A stretch of DNA of 64,000 bases from Myxococcota bacterium (GCA_044344255.1 JBIJDH010000007.1:96001-160000), one strand, 5' to 3'; shown: positions 38,399 to 48,020, counted from the first letter of the stretch. A program made the numbers and translations. The notes: generated by a model not told the origin, from the letters alone.

Positions 38399-41300
38399 GT
38401 GCGCGTGACCTTGCTCTGGCTGACCCTGACGGCCTGCCGAACCCCCACCGACAAGGCCCCCAAGACCCTCCCGGACGAGCCTCGCACCGACGACAGCGCC
38501 GACCCCGACGATAGCGCTCCGCCCGACGACAGCGCCGCCTCCCTCGACGCCGACGGCGACGGTAGCCCCGCCGACGAGGACTGCGATGACACAAACCCCG
38601 CCGTGTTCCCCGGCGCGCCCGAGACCTGCGACGGCGTCGATCAGGACTGCGACGGCGAGGCCGATGATGGCTTCTCGGCGCCCGACTGCATGGCCGAGGC
38701 GCCAGCCTGCCCGCTGATGCCCGCGCCGCCAGCCCACCCCGCGCCGCTGGTGTCGCTCGCCTTCGAGGGCACGGACTGGTCGGCCAACGCCGGGAGCCTG
38801 ACTGGCGGCGCCTGGACGGTCTACGCCGCGGTCGGCGAGACCGGGGAGGGCGCCGTGGGGCAGGGCTTCGAGGCGCAGAGCCTGGGCTGGGGTGCCACCG
38901 GCAACCGCTACCTCCAGGTCGGCTCGAACCCGGCGCTGCACCCCGAGACCTTCACGATCGCGGCCTGGGTGCGCCCGGAAGACGGCGACAGCAGCATGGC
39001 CGTCGCAAACACGATGTGGGACTCGGGCTACAGAGGATTCACCTTCCTCGTGAACTATGGCCAGGTGACGCTCGGGCTCGGTGACGGCGACAGCAGCGCC
39101 TACGTCGCGGTGCCCATCCCAATCGGGGCTTGGTCGCATGTCGCCGCCACCTTCGATGGCGAGGTCGTCGCACTGTACGTCAACGGTGAGCTGCGGCTGC
39201 GGGAGCACCTGCCAGCAGGCTTCTCGGGCTACGCGCCGGCGACGATCGCGTACGAGGGGGCCAGCAGCGGCAGCACCTTCGTGGTGGGGGCCTACCAGAA
39301 CCCCGCTTACTATGCCTTCACGGGCGGCATCGACGAGCTGCGCTACTACGACGCGGCGCTGGTGGGAGCCCAGATCCGGCGCGAGGCGCAGGTGGGAAGG
39401 TGGCGCTTCGATGGCGCCGCGATGGGGCAGGACGACGGGCCGCGCGCGAGAGATCTGACCGTGTCGGGAGCGCTCACCTGCGGCCCCGTGGGCGGCGCCT
39501 GGACCCGCGAAGGTGGCGAGCCGGCCGCCACCCTCGACGAAGACCGCGCGTTGGAGCTGCGGGCGGGCCTGTCTGTGTCGCTGCTGGCGCGACCGGACCG
39601 CCTCTCCGGCACCGCCGTGCTGGCACGTCGAGAGGGGGCCTGGTCGCTCTCTCTGGACGGCGGCTCGCTGGCCTGGTCGATCACCGCGTCGACGGGAGCG
39701 ATGACCGTGCTGAGAGCAGACCTCTCCGACCGCCTCGGCCTCTGGACAGACCTGCAGGCCAGCTTCGACGGCACCCGCAGCGCCCTCTTTGTCGATGGGG
39801 AGCTGCGCGCCTGGGAGGTGACGGGCTTCGACACGCTCGCGGCGGGCAGCGGTAGCTTGACGGTGGGGGAGGGCTTTGACGGTGGCCTCGACGAGCTGGA
39901 GCTGAGCGCCCTGTCGCACGGCCTCACGGCCCCCGCCGAGCCTCTGCTGTTGGGGCGCTGGAGGGCCGGCGAGGTGAGCGCCACCGGCGAGGGTCTCGTC
40001 GGTGAGGGGCGCGTGGGCCTCGATCTCAGCGGGTCGAGCGAGGCGGCGCAGGACGCGGATGCGCTGCGGACCTGTCTTTATCTCCACGAGGCCAGTCGAG
40101 AGGCCTGTCTGTACCGCACAGGCCGCCTCTCGGCTGCGGCCGATCTGGGCGGGCCGGTGACCTTCCGGGTGGTGCTGCGGCCCGATCCCGCCGCGCTGAC
40201 GAAGCCCCTGGCCTTCTTCGGCGTGGAGGGCGGGCCCCAGTTGGAGCTGTCGCCCACCGGCTACGCCCTGGTCTGGGGCGAGACGCGCGCCGAGGGCGGC
40301 CCGGCGCCGACAGACCGCTGGACCACCCTCACCGGCGTGGTCTCCGCCGAGGGCCTTCGGCTCTATGTGGACGGAACCCTGGCCGCGTCGACTGACTTTG
40401 AGGCTCCCTTTGCGCCCCGGGCGCGCTTTGGCATCGGCAGCGGTCTGTTTCTCGCGACCCTCAGCGAGGGCGGGGCGGAGGCGCTGCGACTGGACACGCT
40501 TGATCTGCACGGAGAGGCCTGGGAGGACGACAGCGTGACCCGCCGCGACGCTCCCTGGCGGGCCGAGGGTCACCCGGTGCTGGGCTCGAGCGCCGTGTCG
40601 ATGGGCCTGCTCGGCGACGCCGCCATCCTCGCCGCGGCCGACGCCGCCCTGGCCACCCTCACGAGCGCCAGCGGCGCGCCGGGGACAGAGGCCTACCCTC
40701 ACTTCGCCAAGGCCAGCGAAGCCAGCGCATTGGCGATGGCCGCGACGATCACCACCGGGGCGGCTTCTGAGGCCTACCTGGACGGTGCCCTGGCGCGACT
40801 GGAGGATCTGGACACCGGTTACTGGCAGTGGGGCTGGTTTCAGGGCCGCTTGCTGAGCGGTTATGCGGTTGCCTATGATCTCGTGGCGCCCTTGCTCATC
40901 GCGAAGGAGGCGACCGACCCCTGGGAATGGGCGCCGCGCCATGCGGCGATTCGACGCAACCTGCTGGCCCTCGCCCACCAGGCCTACGAGGTGGGCGGGC
41001 TCGATGAAGATGGCTACTACTCCTATGGCTTCAACCACTCGGGCACGAGCTGGACCTCGGCCAACGCGCGGCTGATGACCTCGGGGGGCCTCGCGCAGAT
41101 CGGCCTCGTCCTGGGGGAGGAGCGCGACCCGGTGCTCTCTGGCGGCGAGGCGCTCCGCCGGCTCGTCACCGATGACCTGCTGGAGCCGCGGCCCGGCGAG
41201 GGGGAGGCCCAGGGGCGCTACTTGGAGATGTTCCTGCCGGCCTCGGGGCTGTTTTGTGAGGGCACCGGCTACCAGAACGATGTCTTCTACACCCTGACCC

Positions 41301-42763
41301 CCGCACTCTACGATCTCGCCGCGGCGGGAGAGGCCGATCTGCTCAACGAGGGGCGGGTGGGCGCCATGTACGACGCCGACGTGGCGGGCATGATGCCTTC
41401 GGGGCACACCATGACCTACGCCACTGGCTGGATGGACGGCATTAACTCGGTGGCCCTGGCCAGTGAGCTCGTCGCCGATTCCGATCGGGCCGCGCGCTGG
41501 GACTGGCTCGCCCTGCGCCAGGGCGACCCCGACACGACGGCCACGCCGCCGGCCTTCACCAGCGCCGTGATGGGGCAGGACGCCGCGGTGCTGCGCTCGG
41601 GCTGGGGTGCGGAGGACCGCTACATGATGCTCTTTGGAAAGACCGAGGCCTGCAACTCGGGCCACGCCCAGGACGACGCCGCCAGTCTGTCGATGATGTC
41701 GCACGGGGCTTGGCTACTCATCGACCCGGGCGACGGCCGGAGCTACGGCGGTACCCCCGACGCCGCATTGGAGGCTTGGCTCCAATCGGCCGCGGGGCAC
41801 AACAACGTGCTGGTGGACGGTCAGGGTCCCGAATTCAACCCGGGCTACGAGACGCCTCCCGATCCGGCCTGGGTGGGCGCCAGCCTGCTATCGCAGCGGG
41901 CCGACTATGTTCACATGCTCACCACGGTGGGGGGCTCCGCCGCCGCCGGCGGGACCGACCACGACCGCCGCGTCTGGCTGGTCGATGATGCCTTCTATGT
42001 GCTGGCCGATCACCTCTCCTCGGGCGTCACCCGCACCTTCGCCCAGCAGCACCACCTCGGCGGCAGCTTCACCAGCGGCTATGGCGCGCTCTCCACCACA
42101 GACGACGGCTTTGTGTGGGACACGCTCAACCCTATCGGCGAGGCGGTCTCACTACATGTGTTTTCGCTGCCTGGTGCGCAGCGGGTCACCTCCTTCGTCG
42201 CCACAGATGGCGGTACGAACGTCTCTTACCCGCAGGTCTGGGATCACACCTATGTCCGGCTCACCGTGGAGGGCCAGAATGAGCACCTCTTCAGCCTGCT
42301 GGTGCCTCAGGGGCCCGACGAGGCCGCGCCCGCGGTGGAGTCCTTACTCTCCAGCGAGGCCCTGCGGGCGGTCGCCGTGGAGACGGACGCGACGGGGCGC
42401 GTGGTGCTGATGCTCAACACCTCGGGGAGCGCCGACGGGCCCGAGGCGCTGGTCTCCGACGGGCTGCTCTCGGGCACCGACGGGGCGAGCTGGGCCTTTG
42501 TGTCGGATGGCTACGAGATTCGGGCGGAGGGCGGACTCGAGGCCGCCGCTACCTGCACGCTGGACGCCCTGTCACTCTCCTTGGATGGGGCCTCGCTCGA
42601 CGGGGTGGTGGCGCGCGAGGTGGGCGACTGCGCGCTGACGGTGGCCTGGGAGGGCTCGCCGGGAGCCGTGGAGGTCGATGGCGTGGCGAGCGGCGACTGG
42701 ACTTGGACGGAGGGGCGGCTCACGCTGGATCCGGCGCCGGTCGCCTCCTTTCGGGTGGAGTAG
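38399..42763 (+). CDS. Large lipoprotein: MopE-type repeat, LamG domains, heparinase II/III-like lyase module
   Basis: GTG 38399 with LTAC lipobox; FTIAAWVRP, WSHVAATFDG..LYVNG, GGIDELR; EGTGY, GHAQDD, DPG, HNNVLVDG. Confidence 0.85.
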   Translation: MRVTLLWLTLTACRTPTDKAPKTLPDEPRTDDSADPDDSAPPDDSAASLDADGDGSPADEDCDDTNPAVFPGAPETCDGVDQDCDGEADDGFSAPDCMAEAPACPLMPAPPAHPAPLVSLAFEGTDWSANAGSLTGGAWTVYAAVGETGEGAVGQGFEAQSLGWGATGNRYLQVGSNPALHPETFTIAAWVRPEDGDSSMAVANTMWDSGYRGFTFLVNYGQVTLGLGDGDSSAYVAVPIPIGAWSHVAATFDGEVVALYVNGELRLREHLPAGFSGYAPATIAYEGASSGSTFVVGAYQNPAYYAFTGGIDELRYYDAALVGAQIRREAQVGRWRFDGAAMGQDDGPRARDLTVSGALTCGPVGGAWTREGGEPAATLDEDRALELRAGLSVSLLARPDRLSGTAVLARREGAWSLSLDGGSLAWSITASTGAMTVLRADLSDRLGLWTDLQASFDGTRSALFVDGELRAWEVTGFDTLAAGSGSLTVGEGFDGGLDELELSALSHGLTAPAEPLLLGRWRAGEVSATGEGLVGEGRVGLDLSGSSEAAQDADALRTCLYLHEASREACLYRTGRLSAAADLGGPVTFRVVLRPDPAALTKPLAFFGVEGGPQLELSPTGYALVWGETRAEGGPAPTDRWTTLTGVVSAEGLRLYVDGTLAASTDFEAPFAPRARFGIGSGLFLATLSEGGAEALRLDTLDLHGEAWEDDSVTRRDAPWRAEGHPVLGSSAVSMGLLGDAAILAAADAALATLTSASGAPGTEAYPHFAKASEASALAMAATITTGAASEAYLDGALARLEDLDTGYWQWGWFQGRLLSGYAVAYDLVAPLLIAKEATDPWEWAPRHAAIRRNLLALAHQAYEVGGLDEDGYYSYGFNHSGTSWTSANARLMTSGGLAQIGLVLGEERDPVLSGGEALRRLVTDDLLEPRPGEGEAQGRYLEMFLPASGLFCEGTGYQNDVFYTLTPALYDLAAAGEADLLNEGRVGAMYDADVAGMMPSGHTMTYATGWMDGINSVALASELVADSDRAARWDWLALRQGDPDTTATPPAFTSAVMGQDAAVLRSGWGAEDRYMMLFGKTEACNSGHAQDDAASLSMMSHGAWLLIDPGDGRSYGGTPDAALEAWLQSAAGHNNVLVDGQGPEFNPGYETPPDPAWVGASLLSQRADYVHMLTTVGGSAAAGGTDHDRRVWLVDDAFYVLADHLSSGVTRTFAQQHHLGGSFTSGYGALSTTDDGFVWDTLNPIGEAVSLHVFSLPGAQRVTSFVATDGGTNVSYPQVWDHTYVRLTVEGQNEHLFSLLVPQGPDEAAPAVESLLSSEALRAVAVETDATGRVVLMLNTSGSADGPEALVSDGLLSGTDGASWAFVSDGYEIRAEGGLEAAATCTLDALSLSLDGASLDGVVAREVGDCALTVAWEGSPGAVEVDGVASGDWTWTEGRLTLDPAPVASFRVE

Positions 42764-43005
42764 GGCCGCGGGCGCCGCCTTCGGCACCGCCGACGTCACC
42801 ACCGTGCTCCCGCCCACCGAGGCGGGCTGGGGGGCCTTCCTCGACGCCGCGCCGCAGAGCGGCGTGAAGTTCGGCGAGCTCGCCGAGGCCGGGCGCTGGT
42901 GGTGGGGCCGCAGCATCCCGCGGAACCTCCTGTCGGCCGAGGCCGATGGCGGCGAAGGAGACGCGCGGGAGGCCGGATGAGCCGCGCCACTACCAACGCG
43001 GCCCG

Positions 43006-43218
43006 CTAAGGCCCCTTCGACCTGCGCCTCGCGCGGAACCGCCGCACGGCCATCTCGACGCGTGAGGCCAGGAGCAGCGCGATCGGCAGCGCGACGAACG
43101 TGACGGCGGCAGCCGGGAGGCCGGAGTTCCAGCCTCCGCGCTCACCTGCGACGAACGCGCCCACGAAGCACGGCACGATCAGCCATGCACCGAGGCAGCC
43201 AAGTTCGATGAGCGTCAT
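43006..43218 (-). CDS. Small membrane protein (70 aa)
   Basis: GGAG before the ATG; two hydrophobic segments and a basic tail. Confidence 0.45.
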   Translation of the reverse strand: MTLIELGCLGAWLIVPCFVGAFVAGERGGWNSGLPAAAVTFVALPIALLLASRVEMAVRRFRARRRSKGP

Positions 43219-43245
43219 TCTCCGTTGACTCTATCGAGACGTCCC

Positions 43246-43446
43246 GTGAGCCGCGCCTCGAACACTCCCCTCGTCGTCGGCGCGGGCGCCCTCGGGGTGC
43301 TCCTGCTCGCCGCAGCCGTGTCCTCGCAGAATGTCCGTCGCACCGCCAAGAAGCTGGAGGAGAAGGTGGAAACACTCGTCACCGACTGGATCCCGACCCT
43401 GTTGAAGAAGACCTCCGAGCACGAGGGCCAGTTCGGGTCCGTGTAG
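43246..43446 (+). pseudogene. Truncated TM-anchored protein, possible muramidase remnant
   Basis: TM helix then SEHEGQFGSV-TAG-KNL; codon usage looks genuine and the stop looks premature. Confidence 0.35.
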
Positions 43447-43829
43447 AAGAACCTGGGAGTAGGGCCCAAGAACGGCGAGGAGCATTCATGGCGCACAGCC
43501 TACCACAGGACGCCGCCCCCCTCGCTCTCCCGGGGCACGGCCCCGAGAGGGCGTATTTTACCTCGATTCCGCGTGCCCAGCCAAAGTTCACGCCCCGGTC
43601 CCGCGGCATACCCGCCCTTGTACCTTGGGGTGGCGTTCCTCCTCATCCCGCATCACCGCCCTGAGGCGTACAACCTGTACCGGAGATCTGGAGAGGGGGA
43701 GAGCCCGAGAGGGGGAGAGGCATCCTCTCCCCTTCTCGGATCGTTCGATGATGGAGTATCGCCGAGGATGGGGTAGGGAACGGCCGGAGGGTGCGAGGGC
43801 CTCCATCCAATCTCAAAGTCTGCGAGACC

Positions 43830-43995
43830 CGGGCCCCTTCATCGTGAAGCGAACCCGCCCATCCGGTTCCGCGACCAAGCGGTCCAAGGCCGGCGAGGCC
43901 GGAGCAGGGTGTGCCTGAGCCGCAGCCGGCGTTCCCGATCCTCCGCCTCCACCAAGACCCCGGCGTGGAGGTTCCGGCCGTCGAAGGAGGGGCAG
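43830..43995 (-). mobile_element. Degenerate IS91/ISCR-family (Y2/HUH rolling-circle) transposase fragment
   Basis: FDGRNLHAGVLVEAEDRERRLRL..LLRP in one frame, then ALDRLVAEPDGRVRFTMK in another; resembles the family block GFNLHAGV...DR..LE.L.RY..RP..A..RL....DG.V...K. Confidence 0.7.
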
Positions 43996-44033
43996 CGCCG
44001 CCGATCCCAAGGCCGCCGGGATACGGTGGCCCG

Positions 44034-44669
44034 ATGCGGGTCGCGCTCTTCGAGGATGACCATCGGTTCCGGGAGTCCCTCGGCGCGGTGCTCCGGGTGG
44101 CCCCTGGCTTCACGCTGGTCGGGGCCTACGCCACCGCCACCGCTGGCCTCGCCGCCGCCGGGCCCGAGTGGGAGCTCGTGGTGATGGACCTCGACCTCCC
44201 CGACCTCTCGGGGGTCGAGGCCACCCGCCGCCTCAAGGAGCGATTCCCCAAGCTCACGGTGGTGGTGCTCACCGTCTTCGAGGAGCCCGCCACCATCCTC
44301 TCCGCCATCTGTGCGGGGGCCGACGGATACCTGCTCAAGCGCACCCCCATCCGCGAGCTGCTCGACGGCCTCCGCTCCGCCGCGGAGGGGGGCGCGCCCC
44401 TGACCGCCGCCGTCGCCCGCTCGGTCGTCGAGGTGGCGCGGCAGGTCGCCCGCCCCACGGTGGCGCCGGTCGCCCGCCTCGAGCTGACCCTACGCGAGCG
44501 GGAGGTGCTGCGGGGCCTCTGCGAGGGGCGGGCCTATAAGCAGGTCGCCGCCGACCTCGAGCTCAGCATCGACACCGTGCGCACCCACGTGCGCGCCATC
44601 TACAAGAAGCTGCGGGTGCACAGCGTGAGCGAGGCCGTGAGCCAGGCCATCCGGCGGGGCCTCGTCTGA
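44034..44669 (+). CDS. NarL/LuxR-family response regulator
   Basis: VALFEDD, MDLDLP, GADGYLLK, LT.REREVL, SIDTVRTHVRAIYKKL. Confidence 0.95.
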   Translation: MRVALFEDDHRFRESLGAVLRVAPGFTLVGAYATATAGLAAAGPEWELVVMDLDLPDLSGVEATRRLKERFPKLTVVVLTVFEEPATILSAICAGADGYLLKRTPIRELLDGLRSAAEGGAPLTAAVARSVVEVARQVARPTVAPVARLELTLREREVLRGLCEGRAYKQVAADLELSIDTVRTHVRAIYKKLRVHSVSEAVSQAIRRGLV

Positions 44670-44724
44670 GGCGGCCCGACCCTGCGCGGGTCGGGGCTAT
44701 ACTGCGTCTTCGCTTGAGGTCCCC

Positions 44725-46443
44725 ATGCGCGCCATCACCCTGTCACACGTCGCTCGATCCCTCGTCGCCTCCGCAGGTCCGGCCCTGCTGATCGGCATGA
44801 GCGTCGGCTGCGGGGCCGGCAAGGTGGGCTCCACGAGCGGGGCCCCGGTGGGGGACAGCGGCTCCACGGGCGCCGACGGCGCGGATGGCGCCGACGGGGC
44901 CGATGGCACAGACGGCGCCGATGGTGCCGACGGCGCCGACGGCGGGGAGGACAGCGGGCCGCCACCCGGCCCCCTCTGCGCGCCCTCCGTCCAGTGGGCG
45001 GACCCCTGGTTCTCCGAAGGGGAGACGGTCGAGCTCGAGATCGTCTGCGCCTCTGGCGAAGACCCCGCCCTCTTCAGCCTCTCGTTGACCGGGCTCCCCG
45101 ACGGCGCTGCTTTGGACGGGTGGAGCCTGCGTTGGGTGACGTCGCTCGACGACGCCGGTCGATACGACCCTCTCTTCGCGGTCACTCCCCTGTCGGGCGG
45201 CGACGCGGTGCCCGAGACGGTCGCGCCCACCTTCTGGGTGGCCGAGATCGACAGCGCCGCGGGGAACATCCCCGCCGATCCTGTACAGTATACCGAAGAG
45301 TGGGGGTTGCCGGTCTTTCACCTCCAGACCACGGCGCTGGACGCCTCCTATCGCCCCGCCACCGTCACCTTTGACGGCGAGGTCTACGACGCCGAGGCCA
45401 AGATCCGCGGCGCGGCGAGCGCGGGCTACCCCGAGAACAGCTTTACGCTCCGCTTCGCCGACGACGAACACGAGCTCGACGTCGAAGACTGGGGCATCCC
45501 CGAGAAGAAAGACCACCTCGTCCTGATCACCACCTTTGACGACAACAGCATGGTCCGCCAGAAGCTCAGCTATGACCTCTGGGCGGCGATGGCGGAGCAC
45601 GCGGGCGGCGGGCGGCTCGCCCCCCGCACCTTCTTCGCGGTGGTCTATCTGAACGGCCGGTATCACGGCCTGTACACGGCCATCGACCGCATCGACGACG
45701 AATTCGTCAGCCAGATGGGCTTCAACCGGGACGGGAACCTCTACAAAGCCTACAACCACGACGCCAATTTCCGAGACACGGACTCGGGCGGATACCCGAA
45801 GTATAGCTTCCACCAGGGCTACTATAAGAAGGAGGGCCTGCCGGCCGACGACTTCTCAGACCTCGACGCCCTCGTCCAGCGCTCGTCCGTGCTCAGCGCA
45901 GGCGCCTGGATGGACGAGACCGAGGACTGGATCGCCACCGACGAGTTCATGGACTGGTTCCTCTTCGTCCACCTCGTCGAGGCGGCGGACTCGGGGGGCA
46001 AGAATTCCTATCTCTACAATGACCCCACCGCGCCCACCCGCTTTCATTATTGCCCCTGGGACTTCAATCACGCCTTCGGGCAAGACTGGATGACCCTGCG
46101 GGTACCCTCGAACGCGAACAACGACTACCGTTGGAACAACGAGCTCTTTGTTCACATTCAGGACGATCCCGAGGGGAACGAGGCCCTCTGGGCGCGGTAC
46201 GCCGCGCTCCGCGCCGACGGGGTCATCTCGCCCGAGTGGTTCACGGAGCAGCTCGATGAGTATTACGCGCTGATCCAGCCCTCCGGCCAGCGCCAGTGGG
46301 ACAAGTGGGGCGGTCAATATAAGGGCTACTGGTGGGCCTCCTACCGCAGCGGCGACTGGACCACCTACGAGGAAGAGAAGGCCTACGTCTACACCTGGTT
46401 GGAGGAGCGGATGGGCTACTTCGACACCTGGTACGCCCCCTGA
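44725..46443 (+). CDS. CotH kinase-family lipoprotein
   Basis: SVGC lipobox; KIRGA, DNSMVRQKL, LNGRYHGLY, KNSYLY, PWDFNHAFG. Confidence 0.85.
   Translation: MRAITLSHVARSLVASAGPALLIGMSVGCGAGKVGSTSGAPVGDSGSTGADGADGADGADGTDGADGADGADGGEDSGPPPGPLCAPSVQWADPWFSEGETVELEIVCASGEDPALFSLSLTGLPDGAALDGWSLRWVTSLDDAGRYDPLFAVTPLSGGDAVPETVAPTFWVAEIDSAAGNIPADPVQYTEEWGLPVFHLQTTALDASYRPATVTFDGEVYDAEAKIRGAASAGYPENSFTLRFADDEHELDVEDWGIPEKKDHLVLITTFDDNSMVRQKLSYDLWAAMAEHAGGGRLAPRTFFAVVYLNGRYHGLYTAIDRIDDEFVSQMGFNRDGNLYKAYNHDANFRDTDSGGYPKYSFHQGYYKKEGLPADDFSDLDALVQRSSVLSAGAWMDETEDWIATDEFMDWFLFVHLVEAADSGGKNSYLYNDPTAPTRFHYCPWDFNHAFGQDWMTLRVPSNANNDYRWNNELFVHIQDDPEGNEALWARYAALRADGVISPEWFTEQLDEYYALIQPSGQRQWDKWGGQYKGYWWASYRSGDWTTYEEEKAYVYTWLEERMGYFDTWYAP
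44869..44940 (+). repeat. 9-bp coding tandem repeat, 8 x Gly-Ala/Thr-Asp
   Basis: ggN gcN gaY units (one Gly-Thr-Asp) in the CotH linker. Confidence 0.9.
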
Positions 46444-46524
46444 GCCGGCTCCGACGCGGCCCGCCCGGGGCGTCGGCGCGGAGGGGCGCCGATCGGCGGC
46501 CGCGATAGGAGGCGGAGCCTTGAG

Positions 46525-47664
46525 GTGCCGATGCCGAGCCCCGTGACCGCCTATGGTGAGATGACCTCCCTCTCCGAGCGCAAGCGGCGCGCCGGGCAGC
46601 GCATCATCCTCGGGCTCTCGGGCGCCAGCCCCACCGCCGAAGAACGGCGCTTCATCCGGGAGGTGATGCCCGTGGGCTTCATCCTCTTCAAGCACAACAT
46701 CGAGGAGCCGGCGCAGGTGCGGGAGCTCAACCGCGAGCTCGTCTCCCTGCTGCCATCCCGCTACCCGCCGCTGCTCTCGGTGGATCAAGAGGGGGGGCGG
46801 GTGCTGCGCGTCGCCGCCACGCGCTGGCCGCCGATGCGCTGGGTGGGCAACATGGAGCACCTCCCCACCACCGGGCAGGTCGCGCGGGCGATGGGCGACG
46901 AGCTCCGTGCGATGGGCTTCAACCTCAACTTTGCGCCGGACGCCGACGTCGACAGCAACCCCGCCAACCCCATCATCGGAGACCGCGCCTTCTCCCGACA
47001 CCCCGACAAGGCGGCCGCCCAGGTGGTGGCCTACCTCCAGGGTTTACAAGACCGCGGGGTCATCGCCTGCGCCAAGCACTTCCCCGGGCACGGAGACACC
47101 CACCAGGACTCCCACAAGGTCCTGCCCATCGTCGAGAAGGAGCGGCCCGACCTCGAGCGCTGTGAGCTCCGCCCCTTCCAGGCGGCGATCCAAGCCGGCG
47201 TCGGCATGGTCATGACTTGCCACGTCGTCTTCCCGGCCTGGGACGAGGAGAACCCCGCTACGCTCTCGCGGCGGATCATCCGGGGGGTGCTTCGGGACAA
47301 GCTCGGCTATCAAGGGGTGGTCTGCAGCGACGACATGGAGATGGGGGCGCTCCACGGGCGCTTCCCCCTCGAGATCCAGCTCGAGCGGGCCACCGCGGCC
47401 TCTGTCGATCTGTTCATCGAGGGGCGCTACTTCACGAAGACGCTCGACCTCGCGCACCGGAGCTGGGAGCAGCTCGTGCAGCTCCAAGAGGACGACCCGG
47501 CTCAGGTCCGCCTCGCCGAAGACACCGAGAAGCGCGTGAAGGCCCTGCGGGAGCGCTTCCTCAAGGACCCTCCGGCCGCGGCTGACCTCTCGGTGGTCGG
47601 CTGCCCGGCCTTCACCTCCCTCGCCCTCGCGGTCCAGGCCCGCGGCGCCGACGGTGTGGTGTGA
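46525..47664 (+). CDS. nagZ: GH3 beta-N-acetylhexosaminidase
   Basis: VDQEGGRV.R, KHFPGHGDTHQDSH, SDDMEMGA; start uncertain (46525, 46531 or 46561). Confidence 0.9.
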   Translation: MPMPSPVTAYGEMTSLSERKRRAGQRIILGLSGASPTAEERRFIREVMPVGFILFKHNIEEPAQVRELNRELVSLLPSRYPPLLSVDQEGGRVLRVAATRWPPMRWVGNMEHLPTTGQVARAMGDELRAMGFNLNFAPDADVDSNPANPIIGDRAFSRHPDKAAAQVVAYLQGLQDRGVIACAKHFPGHGDTHQDSHKVLPIVEKERPDLERCELRPFQAAIQAGVGMVMTCHVVFPAWDEENPATLSRRIIRGVLRDKLGYQGVVCSDDMEMGALHGRFPLEIQLERATAASVDLFIEGRYFTKTLDLAHRSWEQLVQLQEDDPAQVRLAEDTEKRVKALRERFLKDPPAAADLSVVGCPAFTSLALAVQARGADGVV

Positions 47665-48020
47665 TCGGGCTCCTCCTCGCCCTCGCCTGTGGGGCGAAGC
47701 GCGCGGGTCCGGCGCCGCTCTGGCCCGAGCCGCTCGCGGTCTCCCGCGAGGGGGGCGCCCTGGTCGTGAAGAACGAGTCCGGGCGGCCCGTCGCGCTGGA
47801 GGGCGTGGCCGTCTCCCCCGCCGGGGCGCTCCCCGACTTTCAGCCTACCCTCCTGGCCCCCGGGGAGGCCCTCCGCTGGCCGATCGTGCCGCCGGACGCG
47901 TCGCTGGTGCAGGGGACGCTCACCTGGCGGGCCCCGCCCGGGCCCGCGGAGCGCCGCACCTTCCGCCTCCCATCTCCTGCCTCTCCCCCACCGCCCCCGC
48001 CTGCGGAGCCCGCCCCGTGA
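47661..48020 (+). CDS. Small lipoprotein
   Basis: GTGA overlap; LALAC lipobox. Confidence 0.6.
   Translation: MIGLLLALACGAKRAGPAPLWPEPLAVSREGGALVVKNESGRPVALEGVAVSPAGALPDFQPTLLAPGEALRWPIVPPDASLVQGTLTWRAPPGPAERRTFRLPSPASPPPPPPAEPAP

Noticed and set aside
44675..44695. Intrinsic terminator after the NarL gene
   Set aside because: The hairpin CCCGACCC/GGGTCGGG is present but has no U-tract and overlaps the likely CotH promoter.
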